This document shows positions 38,120-51,004 of a DNA stretch of 64,000 nucleotides, one piece after another. The translations under genes and the position numbers were made by a program. Numbering within the stretch: the first letter of the stretch is position 1; each line of letters starts with the position of its first letter. Below the pieces are notes generated by a model, which saw only the letters and a program-made list of their open reading frames with translations, ran no database searches and was not told where the DNA came from. Source of the DNA: Octopus sinensis (taxonomy: Eukaryota). The stretch lies in contig NC_043002.1 in the NCBI RefSeq assembly GCF_006345805.1, forward strand, positions 65,906,001 through 65,970,000. The letters are read 5' to 3'.

Positions 38120-38655
38120 TATTCTTTTCTACTCTAGGCACAAGACCCGAAATTTTGGGAAAGGAGGCCAGTCGATTAGATCGATCCCAGTATGCAGCCG
38201 GTACTTAATTTACATTATTTACATTATTACATTTGACGGATATTTGTCCTCATCTTGTTTGTTAACGACAAACAAGATGAGGACAAATATCCGTCAAATG
38301 TGAGTAATGTAAATAATGTAAATAATGTATATAATTCCTCATCTCTTAAATATAGAACTGTGGTACTTAATTCATCGACCCCTAATGGAAGAATGGCAAA
38401 GTCGACCTCGGCGGAATTTGAACTCAGAATGTAAAGACAGGCGAAATACTTATTTCCTTACTACCCACCAGGGGCTAAACACAGAGAGGACAAACAAGGA
38501 CACACAAACGGATTAAGTCGATTATATCGATACCAGTGCGTAACTGGTACTTAGTTTATCGACCCCGAAAGGATGAAAGGCAAAGTCGACCTCGGCGGAA
38601 TTTGAACTCAGAACATAACGGCAGACGAAATACCGCTAAGGATTTCGCTAACGTT
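38120..38655 (-). mobile_element. Two SINE A copies, the first interrupted by an HHR-element tail palindrome
   Basis: GGTACTTAATT...ATCGACCC..GAAAGGATGAAAGGCAAAGTCGACCTCGGCGGAATTTGAACTCAGAA occurs twice. Confidence 0.85.
38211..38361. mobile_element. Tail-to-tail palindrome of the HHR-element tail, with 11-bp TSD
   Basis: ACATTTGACGGATATTTGTCCTCATCTTGTTTG-TTAACGA-CAAACAAGATGAGGACAAATATCCGTCAAATGT, flanked by GGTACTTAATT at 38200-38210 and 38362-38372. Confidence 0.85.
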
Positions 38656-38664
38656 TCTGCCAGC

Positions 38665-39270
38665 TCACATGTGATTAGCAGCTGTCCTAAAATGTCGTCA
38701 CGGTACTACCTCCCTATGCGGCACGATGTTGTTGCTAAAACAATTCACAATGTCACCCGTAAAAAAGACTGTCCTGAAATAAGCTTAGAAAATCCCTCTG
38801 TTATGGAATACATTCATAAACACCAACTGACTCAATACTGGTGGAATATTTCCATCAAAACTTCTGTCAAGAGTAAACAACAGGCCAGATGTTGTTTGGG
38901 AAAGAAAGGCAAAGGTATGTACCATCATAGAGGTACAAAGAAAATCAAAGAAAAAGAGGATATCTATGGACAACTGCTTCGAAACTTCCAGCTTTTATAT
39001 TCAGATTATGAATTCATATTCATACCAATAATATTTGGAGCACTAGGTCTTGTTAGTAAATGCTTAAAGCAGAATCTGGATAAACTGGAATTTTCAGAAA
39101 AAAACATCGACCAGCTAATTCGTACATTACAAGTGCAATCTGTGAGTGGAACAGTAAAAATATGCAAGGCTTTCTCAAGTTCTAAATGTGAATTTGTCTA
39201 TGTTAACTACATCCCAAAGATGGAGCCTCATATCTTTGTTGGAAACTGGCTCCCTCCTCATTGGAAGATT
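38665..39270 (+). mobile_element. R4/Dong-type LINE 3' end (CCHC knuckle + restriction-like endonuclease)
   Basis: HVISSCPKMSSRYYLPMRHDVVAKTIH...YWWNISIKT...KEKEDIYGQL...FIPIIFGALGLV...LQVQSVSGTVKICK. The PD motif region is frameshifted. Confidence 0.88.
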
Positions 39271-39459
39271 TCTAATAATAATCTTAAAAATAGAAGAGAC
39301 ATACATTAATACATACATACATTCATACATACATACACGCACATAGATACATACATGCATACATACATACATACATACATACATACATACATACATACAT
39401 ACAACATACATACATACATATACACACACACATACATACATAAACACACACATACATAT

Positions 39460-40062
39460 CTGTAAAACTTTCCAGAAGTTTATCATTTAAATATATATTA
39501 GAATATCTAGATATGCAACTATATGCATGAGAATACATTCATAAAGCAATACATACAAATCTGCATACATACATACATACATGCATACATACATACATAC
39601 ATACATACATACATACATACATACATACATACATACATACATACATACATACATACCTGTAATTACTGGGCACTGGAATATGTAACACACTCTCTAAATA
39701 CCAATGTTGAGAAATTAGTCTTCGCAAATCTAGAAAGGAGAAAGCTGATTCAGACTACAGGTCCAAGCCATCACTGGAATTGTAAAATTCTGTAAAACTT
39801 TTAAAGAATTTTATCATTTATGTATATATGAGCTTGTCTAGGCATGCACGAGAATACACACATACGAGAATACATATGCACGAGAATACATACATAAAAC
39901 AAAACATGCAAATCCGCACATATACATACATATATACATGCATACATACATACATGAAAAAATACCTTGTTGATATTGGGATTCCAATGAAGGAATCTTG
40001 AATCTAGGTTAGGAACCGGCTCTTTCTCTATTGGCATGAAATCTTGAAATAACACTGAGTAG
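39460..40062 (+). mobile_element. Two further R4/Dong-type 3' ends separated by (CATA)n
   Basis: ICKTFQKFII* at about 39460; VITGALEYVTHSLNTNVEKLVF..ERRKLIQ...CKTFKEFYHL at 39655-39810; 3' tail at 39985-40060. Confidence 0.7.
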
Positions 40063-40499
40063 TAACATACATTCATACATACATACATACATACATACAT
40101 ACATACATACATACATACATACATACATGCATGCATGCATGCATACATACTACATACATACATACACGTACATACGTACATACATACATGAATGCATGCA
40201 TGCATTCGTACATACGTACATACATACATACATGCATACATACATACATACATACATACATACATACATACATACATACATACATACATACACACATACA
40301 TGCATGCATGCATGCATTCGTATATGTAAACATGCACGCATGCAAATCACAAACAACCATTAAAAGAAAATATACAAGTGCTGAAAGAGATTTTTCAGTG
40401 TCTGTACACAAACGCATTGAGAGAAAGAGGGGGGGAAGACACAGGAAGATAGACAAACACAGATACGTCTTACGTGTATGAAGCACAGGAGGCACGCAT

Positions 40500-40540
<41 letters not shown>

Positions 40541-40544
40541 TATA

Positions 40545-40715
40545 TCCTTTTCTACTCGTCACAAGGCCCGAAATTTTTTGTGCGGTGAGATGTGCAGTCG
40601 ATTAGATCGACTCCAGTACGCAACTGGTACTTAATTTATCGACCCCAAAAGGATGATGAAAGACAAAGTCGACCTCGGTGGAATTTGAACTCCTTATTTC
40701 TTTATTGCCCACAAT
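40545..40715 (-). mobile_element. SINE A
   Basis: CAGTACGCAACTGGTACTTAATTTATCGACCCC...AAAGTCGACCTCGGTGGAATTTGAAC. Confidence 0.85.
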
Positions 40716-41474
40716 ATAATATATTATAGAGATAGCAACTTTCTCAAACGTTTTATTATAAACAATTTCAGTCTTACCTCAGATAATGCCCCTTAAGCAT
40801 AAAAAGAGTGGAAATCTGAAACTTTTCGGATTTTCATTCTTCATCATAAATCTCTAAATGCAGTTTTCTAAGATACGTTTTTCGGATCCTTAAAAAATTC
40901 TCAAAAGAATGCACGGAGGAAAATAATACTGCATTTGGAGCAAATATTCCACGTAAAATGGAATATATACAACATTTTAACACACCAAATTTACAAGTAA
41001 CTGTTTGGCTCTTTCTGTTGTTCATTTTTGTTTTCCTACCTAGGAGTGTGTGTGCATGCGTGTGTGCATGTGCGTGTGTGAGTGCGCGTGCATGAAATAA
41101 TATATATATATATATATAAATATATATATATCATAGGCTGGATAATCAAATAAAAAAATATATATATATATATTATAATATATATATATTATATATATAT
41201 ATACATGTATGTATATATATGAATGTGTGTGTGTCTAAATATATATACAGAGAGAGGGGGAGCGGGGAGAGGAAGACAGAGAGTGGAGAGAGGGGGAGAG
41301 AGAGTAAAAGAGATGTGAGAAACAGAAGACTGATAGATATATACATACATACACACATACATACATACATACATACATACATACACACATATACATACAT
41401 ACAAATGTACGTACACATATTCGTGCGTGCGTGCGCTCGCGTATGTATGTGTGTGCGTGTGTGTGCGTATATGT

Positions 41475-41527
<53 letters not shown>

Positions 41528-41909
41528 CGTGCGTGAGTGAGAGAGAGAGTGAGACCATGTGTGCATATCAGACTGAAGGTACGTATGCGTTCAGACAATG
41601 AAATTTTCTAGTCTTTCAACACTTGCACTTCTTCACTTGATGCCTGTCTGTGAGATTTTGCAGTAAATTAGACCAGACGTTTATTCGCGCGAATACAACG
41701 TACACAGTGTGTGTGTGTGTGTGTGTGTATGTGTGTGTGTGTGTGTGACCGAGTGTGTGTGCGAGTGTGTGGTGTATGTGATTGATGTCTTTGCCAAAAA
41801 GTATCGTTCTTAAGAAACAATAATAACAGAACTAAAACATAAATAAGAAAACAAAAACAAACTCGTTGAAGATAATAGAAAGTGAAGAAGAACGAAGAGA
41901 TAAGAGGAA

Positions 41910-42321
41910 AAAATGATGATGATGATGATGATGATGATGACGACGACGACGACGACGATGATGATGATGATGACGACGATGATGATGACGAATGAGAAAG
42001 AGCGTAGCAGTGGTGACGGTGGCAGTGTTCCTGATGGTGACAGTGGCATGGTTGTGATGGTGGTGGTGGTGGTGGTGGTGGTGGTGGTGGCGGTGGCGGC
42101 GGTGGCGGCGGCGGCGGTGGTGGTGTGTGTGGGGGGTGATGATTGCAGTGATGTTTGAAGATGATAAGAAGGAGGAGGAAGAGGAAGGGTTGTTGTGGAA
42201 ATGGTGATGATGTCGACGATGAAGACGACGAAGACGACGACGATGGTGGAGGTGGATGATGACTGCAGGGGTAGTGGTGGTGATGGTGTTGCTGCTGCCG
42301 CTGCTGATGCCACTGATACCA

Positions 42322-42352
<31 letters not shown>

Positions 42353-42355
42353 TGT
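41910..42355. repeat. Low-complexity (GAT)n/(GAC)n/(GGT)n tract
   Basis: Trinucleotide runs; explains ORF 41810..42370 and neighbouring ORFs. Confidence 0.85.
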
Positions 42356-42589
42356 GTGTTCTTGCTCCACTTACTTCATTCTGTCCTTCTATTCAAGAAT
42401 GTCTCAGTCTCTCAGCTTCCATTCCTACGATTCTCAGACAGAGTCGCAATTTATTTTAGATCTTAGAACGAAAATCTAAGGCTCTTGGTTCCCACAGGAA
42501 CATAAGTTTATAATTGATTCTGCCGTATGAGGATTCAGCTTTTGCCAAACGATCTGCACAAATAATTTGTTTACAGTGATCAATTATAG

Positions 42590-42800
42590 TGATCAAACTT
42601 ATTTACTGTACATTAGTTCACTCTCTCTCCATCAAATCGACGTTCTCTGAAACAGGCGTCACTGTGTACCAAGCACCAGGTGTCGAAGGGATCACAGAGA
42701 AACGTGAGATGAAGAGGTTTTGTTCAAGAAAACAACACACCACTCGGTCTAGGAATTGAAATCTCGCGATCGTAAGTGCAACACCCTAACCACTAGGCCA
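42590..42800 (-). mobile_element. tRNA-derived SINE (D-like head); a second head at 43735-43805
   Basis: Minus strand TGGCCTAGTGGTTAGGGTGTTGCACTTACGATCGCGAGATTTCAATTCCTAGACC (A and B boxes). Confidence 0.7.
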
Positions 42801-42849
42801 GGAATCATCATTATCATAGATAGATGGATAGACAACTAGATAGATAGAC

Positions 42850-42969
<120 letters not shown>

Positions 42970-43011
42970 TAAGAAATGGAGTTAAACCCAGGTGTTATTC
43001 AAATCTTTATA

Positions 43012-43099
43012 CTTCCGACATATGTTTCGAAGAAAACATTGGAATTATCCCTGAGGGAATAACATGATGTAAAACAATGTAATCATCTCATCAGGGAAA
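43012..43099 (-). ncRNA. Type I hammerhead ribozyme motif
   Basis: UUUCC CUGAUGA GA...ACAUUG...CAAUGU...UUC GAAAC AUAU GUC GGAAG. Palindromic stem III ACAUAUGU; stem II is irregular. Confidence 0.65.
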
Positions 43100-44047
43100 A
43101 AAGAGAAGCAAAACACATCAATAAGCAATTTTAAGCGAATGTGATTGCTGCGTATATGATGAAGGGAATGCTGGCAAGTCATTTTTTTAAAAACCGTTAA
43201 TAGGTTTAACGTCAAAGGCAATTTAGAGAAAGAGAAGGAGAAGAAAGAAAGAAAGAAATTAACAGAAAATTAAGAGTCGAGAAATATAGTGCGATAGATG
43301 TATGCATGTATGGTTGTATAATTTCCAGGGTTCAAGAGAATCAGTAAAGAGAAAAGCACTAAGACCAGGTCGGTGATAGCGCTTTCGTGTAGAAACAATA
43401 TTTAAGGAGAAATATGTACTCACCAAAGTAAACACGGATTTGATCTCCTGTTATGCACGCATTCACAAATGGCCGACTGAATACGCAATGAGTCGTCAAG
43501 GCCATACATGGGTACACTCACTGCACCCATCGTACCGCACTCAGCAGACTCGAGGTCTAAATGAATTGCAGGTTCCTAGTTAGATGAATGATAAACAAAT
43601 AACATATGTTGCTATTTGTGTGTGCGCGTGTGTGCGTGTGTGTGTGCATGCGTGTGTGTGTGTGTGCATGTGTGTGTGTGTGTGTGCATGTGTGTGTGTG
43701 TGTGTGTGTGTTGTGTGTGTGTGTGTGTGTGTGTTCAAGAACACAGCGCAACACCTAATCTAGGAATTGAAACCAAGATCTCGCGATCGTAAGTGCGACA
43801 CCCTTAGAACATGCATTCTTGTATATATATATATATATATTATATTTGAGTAGTTGAATGAATTATCTTAAGGATGATTCGGATTAACCGATACCTGGGT
43901 AGCAAATTCACATCAGAAAAAACACGGTTGAAGTTACGTGCCAAGGGCATAGATTACGTGCTTTCGTGTGGAAATTTGTATGTTTATTTTAAAAATATAA
44001 ATATATGAAAGAATGGAGCTGAACGACGAATTAACAAAATTCCTTTA

Positions 44048-44130
44048 TTTTCGACATATGTTTCGAAGGCTGCATATTTCTAATTGCGAAGGAATAAGGA
44101 GTACATTATGCCGCTTTCTCATCAGGAAAA
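44048..44130 (-). ncRNA. Type I hammerhead ribozyme motif, canonical core
   Basis: UUUUC CUGAUGA GAAAGCGGC...GCAGCCUUC GAAAC AUAU GUC GAAAA. Stem I is a perfect 5 bp; G10.1-C11.1 is present; GUC site. Confidence 0.85.
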
Positions 44131-44846
44131 GCAAGGAACTTATGTCAACATCAAAATGCACAAAAAAATTTTAGATGATTGCTCACACGGAGCCCATAGC
44201 AATAATGAGTGTCTCTTTAAAATATTCCTTTATAAGGAGTGACGTCAAAGTGGTTGAATGTAGAAGAATCCAGAAGGTTCTAAAGGTTCAAGGGTTCAAA
44301 CGAAGTTGGAGGAGAGAGGCGTAATAATAGGAAGGTGAAAGGGTGCAGGTCATATGAATGGTGGATTTTGTTAATTTCTTTTGTGAATGAGTGCCTGTGT
44401 GTGTGACTGTATATAACTGCATTAATGTGTGTGTGGTGTGTGTGTGTGTTGTGTGTGTGTGGTGTGTGTGTGTGGTGTGTTGTATGTGTATGCGTGATTG
44501 TGTATGTGGATGGGTAGATGTCAGAAACAGACAGTGGTGAGGTGAGAGGTGTGTCTGTGTGTTTGATTGTGTTACTATAGAAAGAGGGAAATAGATATAT
44601 ATAGAAAGAGGGAAATAGATATATATATATATATATATAGTTATCCGTAATAACATGATTTATCTCATAATGACCACAGCATATGTTTTTTGGCTACACG
44701 CGGGTGGGAAGGGGCTGGGACACAATCTTTTCATTCAAACACTGATTGGTGATACTAGTTGCGGATTCTAGCTCGCTCTGATACTGAGTTGAGTTGGTGC
44801 CTTCTAGTATCTCAAATTCAATAATAATCATTTATGATTATAGTAT

Positions 44847-44955
44847 TCTACGCTGAAGAGAAAAGAAGTTTTGGGTGAGATAGAATTATTTAATATTTAA
44901 TATTTAATTCTTATGCTTTCCTAAAAACTTGATTTCGAAACGTACGTCCGATAGA
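44847..44955 (+). ncRNA. Type I hammerhead ribozyme motif, canonical core, long stem II
   Basis: TCTACG CTGAAGA GAAA AG AAGTTTT GGG...CCT A AAAACTT GA TTTC GAAAC GTAC GTC CG(A)TAGA. Palindrome ACGTACGT; GUC site. Confidence 0.8.
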
Positions 44956-45189
44956 TAACTTAAAATTGTATGATAGATTGCCGTCAATTCATTCTCTCTT
45001 ACCTGTTGTGTCTGCCTTCCAATTGCCTGTTTTTACTGAGATCTCCCTTTTTAGTAAAGGAAATAGCTATAAAGCTGTGACTGCCTATTTCTAAATCGGT
45101 AGTGGTAAGGCAATTCGTTGCTACCTTTATTGCTTAGTATATATATATATATATATATATAGAATATATATATATATATATATATAATA

Positions 45190-45223
<34 letters not shown>

Positions 45224-45224
45224 C

Positions 45225-45261
<37 letters not shown>

Positions 45262-45276
45262 ATATATATATATAGC

Positions 45277-45312
<36 letters not shown>

Positions 45313-45489
45313 CGCGGCAACACAAGTGACTCGATGCACAGCCTTTCCTCACTTTAAAAAAATCTTCTTGCACAGGCATTGCCCGATAACAACATTGATT
45401 AAGGCTTCGTGCAATAACGAGGGGGCAGTCACCATGTATGTATGTATGTATGTATGTATGTATGTGTTTTGTTTTTTGTCTTTTACTTG

Positions 45490-46800
45490 TCTCAGCTATG
45501 AGCCAAGAGGAAGCTATCTCTAAAAGGTCGGGTTGGGGTGGCGAATGTGTACATCGCATCCGTCATCTACTACCGTCTGACCGTCGTGCCTTGTCCCAAC
45601 CCTACCATCACGAAACTTGAACGCATACTCTTCCGCTTTTCGTGGAAGGAAAGCGTTCCGTTGGTTAGGCGATCCATTTGCTGTCAACATCCGCTAAATG
45701 GAGGGCTGGGTATGTCGTGGTTGATGATGCGCAGACATGCGCTGAGACTGTGACATCTCCAGCGTTTCACAGACGACGATGAACAGGTGTGGTCGCCGTT
45801 TGTGAGACGCGCTTTTTCCACAGCTCGTCTCATTGACTGAACTACAATCATGGATCAAGCAGAGATCGAGGCTGAGCGAATGGCACCACAAGTGTCGAGA
45901 TGCTCTCGAACAGCTCTGCCATCCAGATTCAAACTTGTGCGATTCCAATTCCACCAATGGGTTCTATAGAAGATTAGTGGAGGGGAGACTCTGGGCGTCG
46001 ACAGGGAATACCTGACTCGCCTCTTTAGGACCACTTTCAGGCCAGGACCTATGGACAGTTTCCAGAGATGCCTGGCCTGGCAGTGCTATCGGGGATCATT
46101 GCCCGTTTGAGAGAAGGTCTACAGACACGGATCAAGAAACACCGAACCGACCTGCTCGAGATGCGGTCAGAACGACGAAACCGTTCTGCACGCACTCGTG
46201 CAATGTCCAAATATTTCAGACCTGTGAGGCTATGTTGAACGGCTGTTGTCACGTGTGGGACGAGTCCGGTTGTCGGCTGAGTCTATAGTAAATATTGCCC
46301 TGCCGCCTTCCTTTAACCGAGAGAATGTGTATAGTGGACTCGCTTGAAATGTTTAGAGACAAATACCTTCCTCTCTGGCCAACCTCTCATCAATTTCAAG
46401 TATTACTTGAAAAGGAAGGTGAGAATAGAGAAGGAAGTTTTGTTTAATAAAAAGTTTAATAAAAGGTGGGTGAATGAAGCAAAGATGGTACGCATGAATG
46501 ATGGATCCACTTTGAACATAAACCTATAAAACAAAAAGAGAAAAGGAATTTTGCTATAATGTTTATTTTTTCCGGGATTACCGTGGATTTCTCGTAGGTT
46601 TTCCTTTCCACGGATAAACTTAGTCAGTGTTATATTTTCTCCCCCTTTTGGGAATTTCTGTTGTTAAAACGTTACCTTTTTATCTCTTTGTGTACACGTC
46701 CCAAAAAGTTTTCGATCCTTATTAATCGGTTTCGAAAAGAAAAATTCCACATTGTACTGTTTCCATTGTGTTCGGCCCTGCGTGGTTTACTAAAGAAATC
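45490..46800 (+). mobile_element. Tx1/L1-clade LINE, 3' part (post-RT region, zf-RVT, 3' UTR)
   Basis: LSLKGRVGVANVYIASVIYYRLTVVPCP...LFRFSWK...CCQHPLNGGLGM; PTCSRCGQNDETVLHALVQCP; RVGRVRLSAESIVNI. Frameshifted. Confidence 0.88.
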
Positions 46801-46807
46801 TATCTTC

Positions 46808-47216
46808 TACTTGTTTCAGGCATTTAACTGCGGCCATGCTGGGGCACCGCCTTGAAGGGTTTTAGTCGAACAACTCGACCCCAGGACTTTTTTAAAGCCT
46901 AGTACTTATTCTAACTGTCTCTTTTTGCCGAACCGCTAAGTACGTAAACACACCAACACCGGTTGTCAAGCGATGGTGAGAAACAAACACAGACACAAAG
47001 GCACAGACGCATAGACTCATACATACATACATACATACATACATACATACATACAATACATACATACACTACATAATACATACATACATAACATACATAC
47101 ATACATACATACATACATACTACATATATACATATATATTATAATATATATATATAAAGTATATATATATATAAAGTATATATATATATAAATAATATAT
47201 ATATATATATATATAT

Positions 47217-47272
<56 letters not shown>

Positions 47273-47385
47273 ATACATGACTGCTTTTGTTGGCCTGAGG
47301 CTAAAACAGAAGACACTTGCCCAGGTGCCATGCAATGGACTGATCCTGGAACCATGTGGTTGGGAAACATGCTTCTTACACACAT
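46808..47385 (-). mobile_element. SINE B with expanded internal microsatellite
   Basis: 3' half at 46808-47010, (CATA)/(TA) array at about 47010-47280, head at 47280-47385. Confidence 0.8.
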
Positions 47386-47510
47386 CCACGCCTGCCTTGT
47401 ATGTATGTATGGATTGATGGATGGATTGGTAGATTGATGCATAAATATATTTACATAGACACCGTATATATAAAGGTATATATATATATATATATTATAT
47501 ATATAATATA

Positions 47511-47600
47511 TACTGTAATCACTCGCCATATCGCGGTTCACCTATCACGCACTCACTACATCGCGGGTTTCTGCGGCCGATAAATATTTAGATTTTTTAA
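47511..47600 (+). mobile_element. Tigger-type MITE left end
   Basis: TACTGTAATCACTCGCCATATCGCGGTTCACCTATC matches the TIR at 52939. Confidence 0.7.
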
Positions 47601-47726
47601 AGATTTTGATTATATATAAGTATAGGCAAACCCTATTAGAGACTATATTAGTCAGCATGAACTTCTATTAATAGGATAGGGTGTAGCTTGCAGGGGAAAT
47701 ATGACTATTGTTACCAGATGAGTAAG

Positions 47727-47880
47727 ATGGCGAGCTGGCAGAATCGTTAGCACGCCGGACGAATTGCTTTGCAGCATTTCGTGCATCTTTGCGTTCTGAG
47801 TTCAAATTCCGCCGGAGTCGATGTAATCGACTTAATCCCCTCCCTCAAGCTGCCCTTGTGGAAAAAATTTGAAATCATTA
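47727..47880 (+). mobile_element. SINE A with internal deletion
   Basis: GGCGAGCTGGCAGAATCGTTAGCACGCCGG...GAGTTCAAATTCCGCCG. Confidence 0.8.
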
Positions 47881-48375
47881 TTACTATTATAGATGGTTGA
47901 ATGATCGTACTGGAAGCTTCCTTAACCCACAGAAAAGTGTCTTGCAGTGGAAGTTAGCCTTGACATTAAGAGCTAGTGAAGTCAGTGAGTACGTAATATC
48001 ACTTTCCTTAGTAATAATTGGAGCAAAACAGGAACCGGAAAAAGGTCAGATCTCGAGGAAAATGTCTGTGTTCTCATAGGGATTTAGTTACGTTAAGCGC
48101 CATTGTGAAACAGCCTCAGACGTCACTAAAGGAAGTCTTAAGAGTTATTTACGTTTTATTACGGTTAATGCTACTGTGGTTTCACTTCCAGTACATATTA
48201 CATTTGATTTCTGTTTGGTTGTCAATTGTCACGAAGGTCAAGGTGAATCATGACATAATTGAGTTTTATTAGAAACGTTAAATATTTAAATATGTCTGAC
48301 TTCTTTTCAATTTTCCTTTCACTTTTTTTCTTTTCTAAGTCTTTTGGTACGTCGTGGTTGTGGGTGAAGGCAAAA

Positions 48376-48427
<52 letters not shown>

Positions 48428-48655
48428 CATCATCATTATTGTTGTTGTTGTTGTTGTTATCCCTCATCCTTGTGGCCAAAAATGAATTATTCATTTTTTT
48501 TTTGTATTATTATTATTATTATTATTACTAATATTATCATCATTATCATCATCATTATTATCACTATTGTTGTTGTTATTATTTGCGTTGGTTAGGGTTT
48601 ATTTTGCCAACACACTTAAATTCGTCTGATATAGCCAATAAGTAAAATCCCCCCT

Positions 48656-48714
<59 letters not shown>

Positions 48715-48724
48715 GTCATGAAAC

Positions 48725-48815
<91 letters not shown>

Positions 48816-49599
48816 TTCAAACAGGTTGTGGTGTTAAATCGTGCTTATTCCAATTAATATTTTATATATCATATTTAAATAAATCTGTCCGGTTAGCATC
48901 TTTGTTCCCGCTTTAAAAAGCTTCACAACATGATTCAAGTTATTCGTTCATACAATTATTGCCAATCTCTTCATAGGAAAATCTACTCTGCTCACATGAC
49001 CTCAGGAATCCCGCCGAGGTCAACTTTGCCTTCCATCCTTTCGAGGCTGATAAGATAAGAGCTACTCAAACACTAGGGTCGATATAACCAACATTTCCCT
49101 CCTCTCAAAATTTGCTTGTGCCAAAATTATTATGATTGTTATTGTTGCTGTTGTTGTTATTTTTGTTGTTGTTGCTGCTGCTCCTACTCAAATGATTTCA
49201 CTTAAAAGATCCAGAAGAATTTTCTATATTCTGTTAGCCAGAAGCAGAAAGCTTCTATTCTGCATATGAACGTTAGCATCGAATTTCAGGCTTTAACTTA
49301 ATTATCTCCATGTTACCGAAGAAACGTTCACGTGTGTGTGTGGATGTGTGTGCGCGTGCGCGCGCGCGCGTGTGTGTGTACCTGTCTGTGTTTGCGGTGA
49401 GTTCGCTGTGAAATTCGTTGTCCTATTTTAGCGCCAAGCCAAACCTCGTACAGCATGGACCAACATTTTTGGATTTATCATCAAAGAAACCAACAACAAC
49501 GTGTCGTATTCCTCCATTCTCAGCTAGCCAAGAACAGCATGCCATTCTTTGTGTTTGAAGCCGATGAAATTGAGAAATAAAGTTCATGATGGTGTTGAC

Positions 49600-49865
49600 C
49601 TTTGTGGGTAGTAAAGAAATAGGTATTTCATCTGCCGCTACGTTCTGTGTTCAAATTCCGCCGAGGTCGACTTTGCCTTTCATCCTTTCGGAGTCGATAA
49701 ATTAAGTACTAGTTACGCATTGGGGTCGATGTAATCGACTTGATCCGTTTGTCTGTCTTTGTTTGTCCCCTCTGCGTTTAGCCCCTTGTGGGTAGTAAAG
49801 AAATAGGTATTTCGTCTGCCGCTACGTTGTGAGTTCAAATTTGCCGAGGTTGACTTAGCCTTTAT
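49600..49865 (+). mobile_element. SINE A with partial tandem duplication; another fragment at 49005-49130
   Basis: TTGTGGGTAGTAAAGAAATAGGTATTTC...TTCAAATT..GCCGAGGT occurs twice. Confidence 0.8.
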
Positions 49866-49991
49866 GTGTGTATGTGTGTATCGTATACACCCGTGAAAGG
49901 AAATACATACACAACAGGCCTCAACAAACTTCAGTCCTTTTTCTGTTTTTCTCTACATTTCTCTTTCTTTCTCTTTCTCTCACTCACTCTG

Positions 49992-50061
<70 letters not shown>

Positions 50062-50695
50062 AAACTATCTTCTTTGTGTGTGCGCGTGTGTGTGCGTGTA
50101 TGTGTGTGCGCGTGTGTGTGCGCGCGTGTGTGTGTGTTTCTCTACATATTACTGGATAGCCGTCCACCTGATGCTATTTGTAGTTCAATTTATTTGCAGT
50201 AGAAACCTGTTGTGCTCCTAGATTGCAGTAATAAACCCAGCCTCCCCCCACCCCCGTCATACTAATTCGCCTTTAGATTGGCGATCTGGTTGGTATCGCC
50301 ACGGCTTGCCCAGTTGATACCAGGCTTTCGTTTACCTTGACCTTTCAGCATCGGAGTTCCGTCCGAGTAGCGCAAGGCACCTGCAGGTGACTGAACTCAG
50401 TCACACACACACCACACACACACGCGCGCGCGCACGCACGCAGACATACATTCACACACATACACACGGCCACACATGCACATATAGATACACCTGAAAA
50501 TGAACACACGCACACGCACACACACACAAATACACACACACACAGACACACACACACAGACACATACATACACACACACTTGGAAACATACACACGTGTA
50601 CAAGCAGACATGTATCTATGTGTGTCCATACACACATGGACACACATAGACACAAGGACGTATACGCACGTAGAGACACGGACACTCACACAGGA

Positions 50696-50726
<31 letters not shown>

Positions 50727-51004
50727 CACAAATACTCACACACACATACATAGTGATCCTTTCATGCAGCGTGGCGTGGTGTGGCAACAAAAAGCGACTG
50801 GTCAGAGGCGGCAAGACGTTTCGACACAAAAATCGAAGTCACAGAGAGAGGGAGAAAGACAGACAGACAGAGAGGAGAACATTCACCATACAACCTAGTC
50901 ATATCGCTGAAATCCTTGCACAGGTCCCATGATCAGAGAGCGCGAAAACATCCTCCGCCAATATAATGACAATCTCATGGCTTTCGACAGCACAAAAACA
51001 CAAA

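Noticed and set aside
38536-39309. 257-aa ORF as a host gene
   Set aside because: The N-terminus is translated SINE A; the remainder is a frameshifted R4/Dong endonuclease region.
40777-40860. Minus-strand exon ending at a GAG|GTAAG donor
   Set aside because: All three frames contain stops before the donor, and there are no partner exons.
47892-48245. Two candidate spliced exons (AG...GTGAGT at about 47892-47985; AG at 48079)
   Set aside because: Splicing them in the required phase gives an immediate stop, and neither peptide is recognisable.
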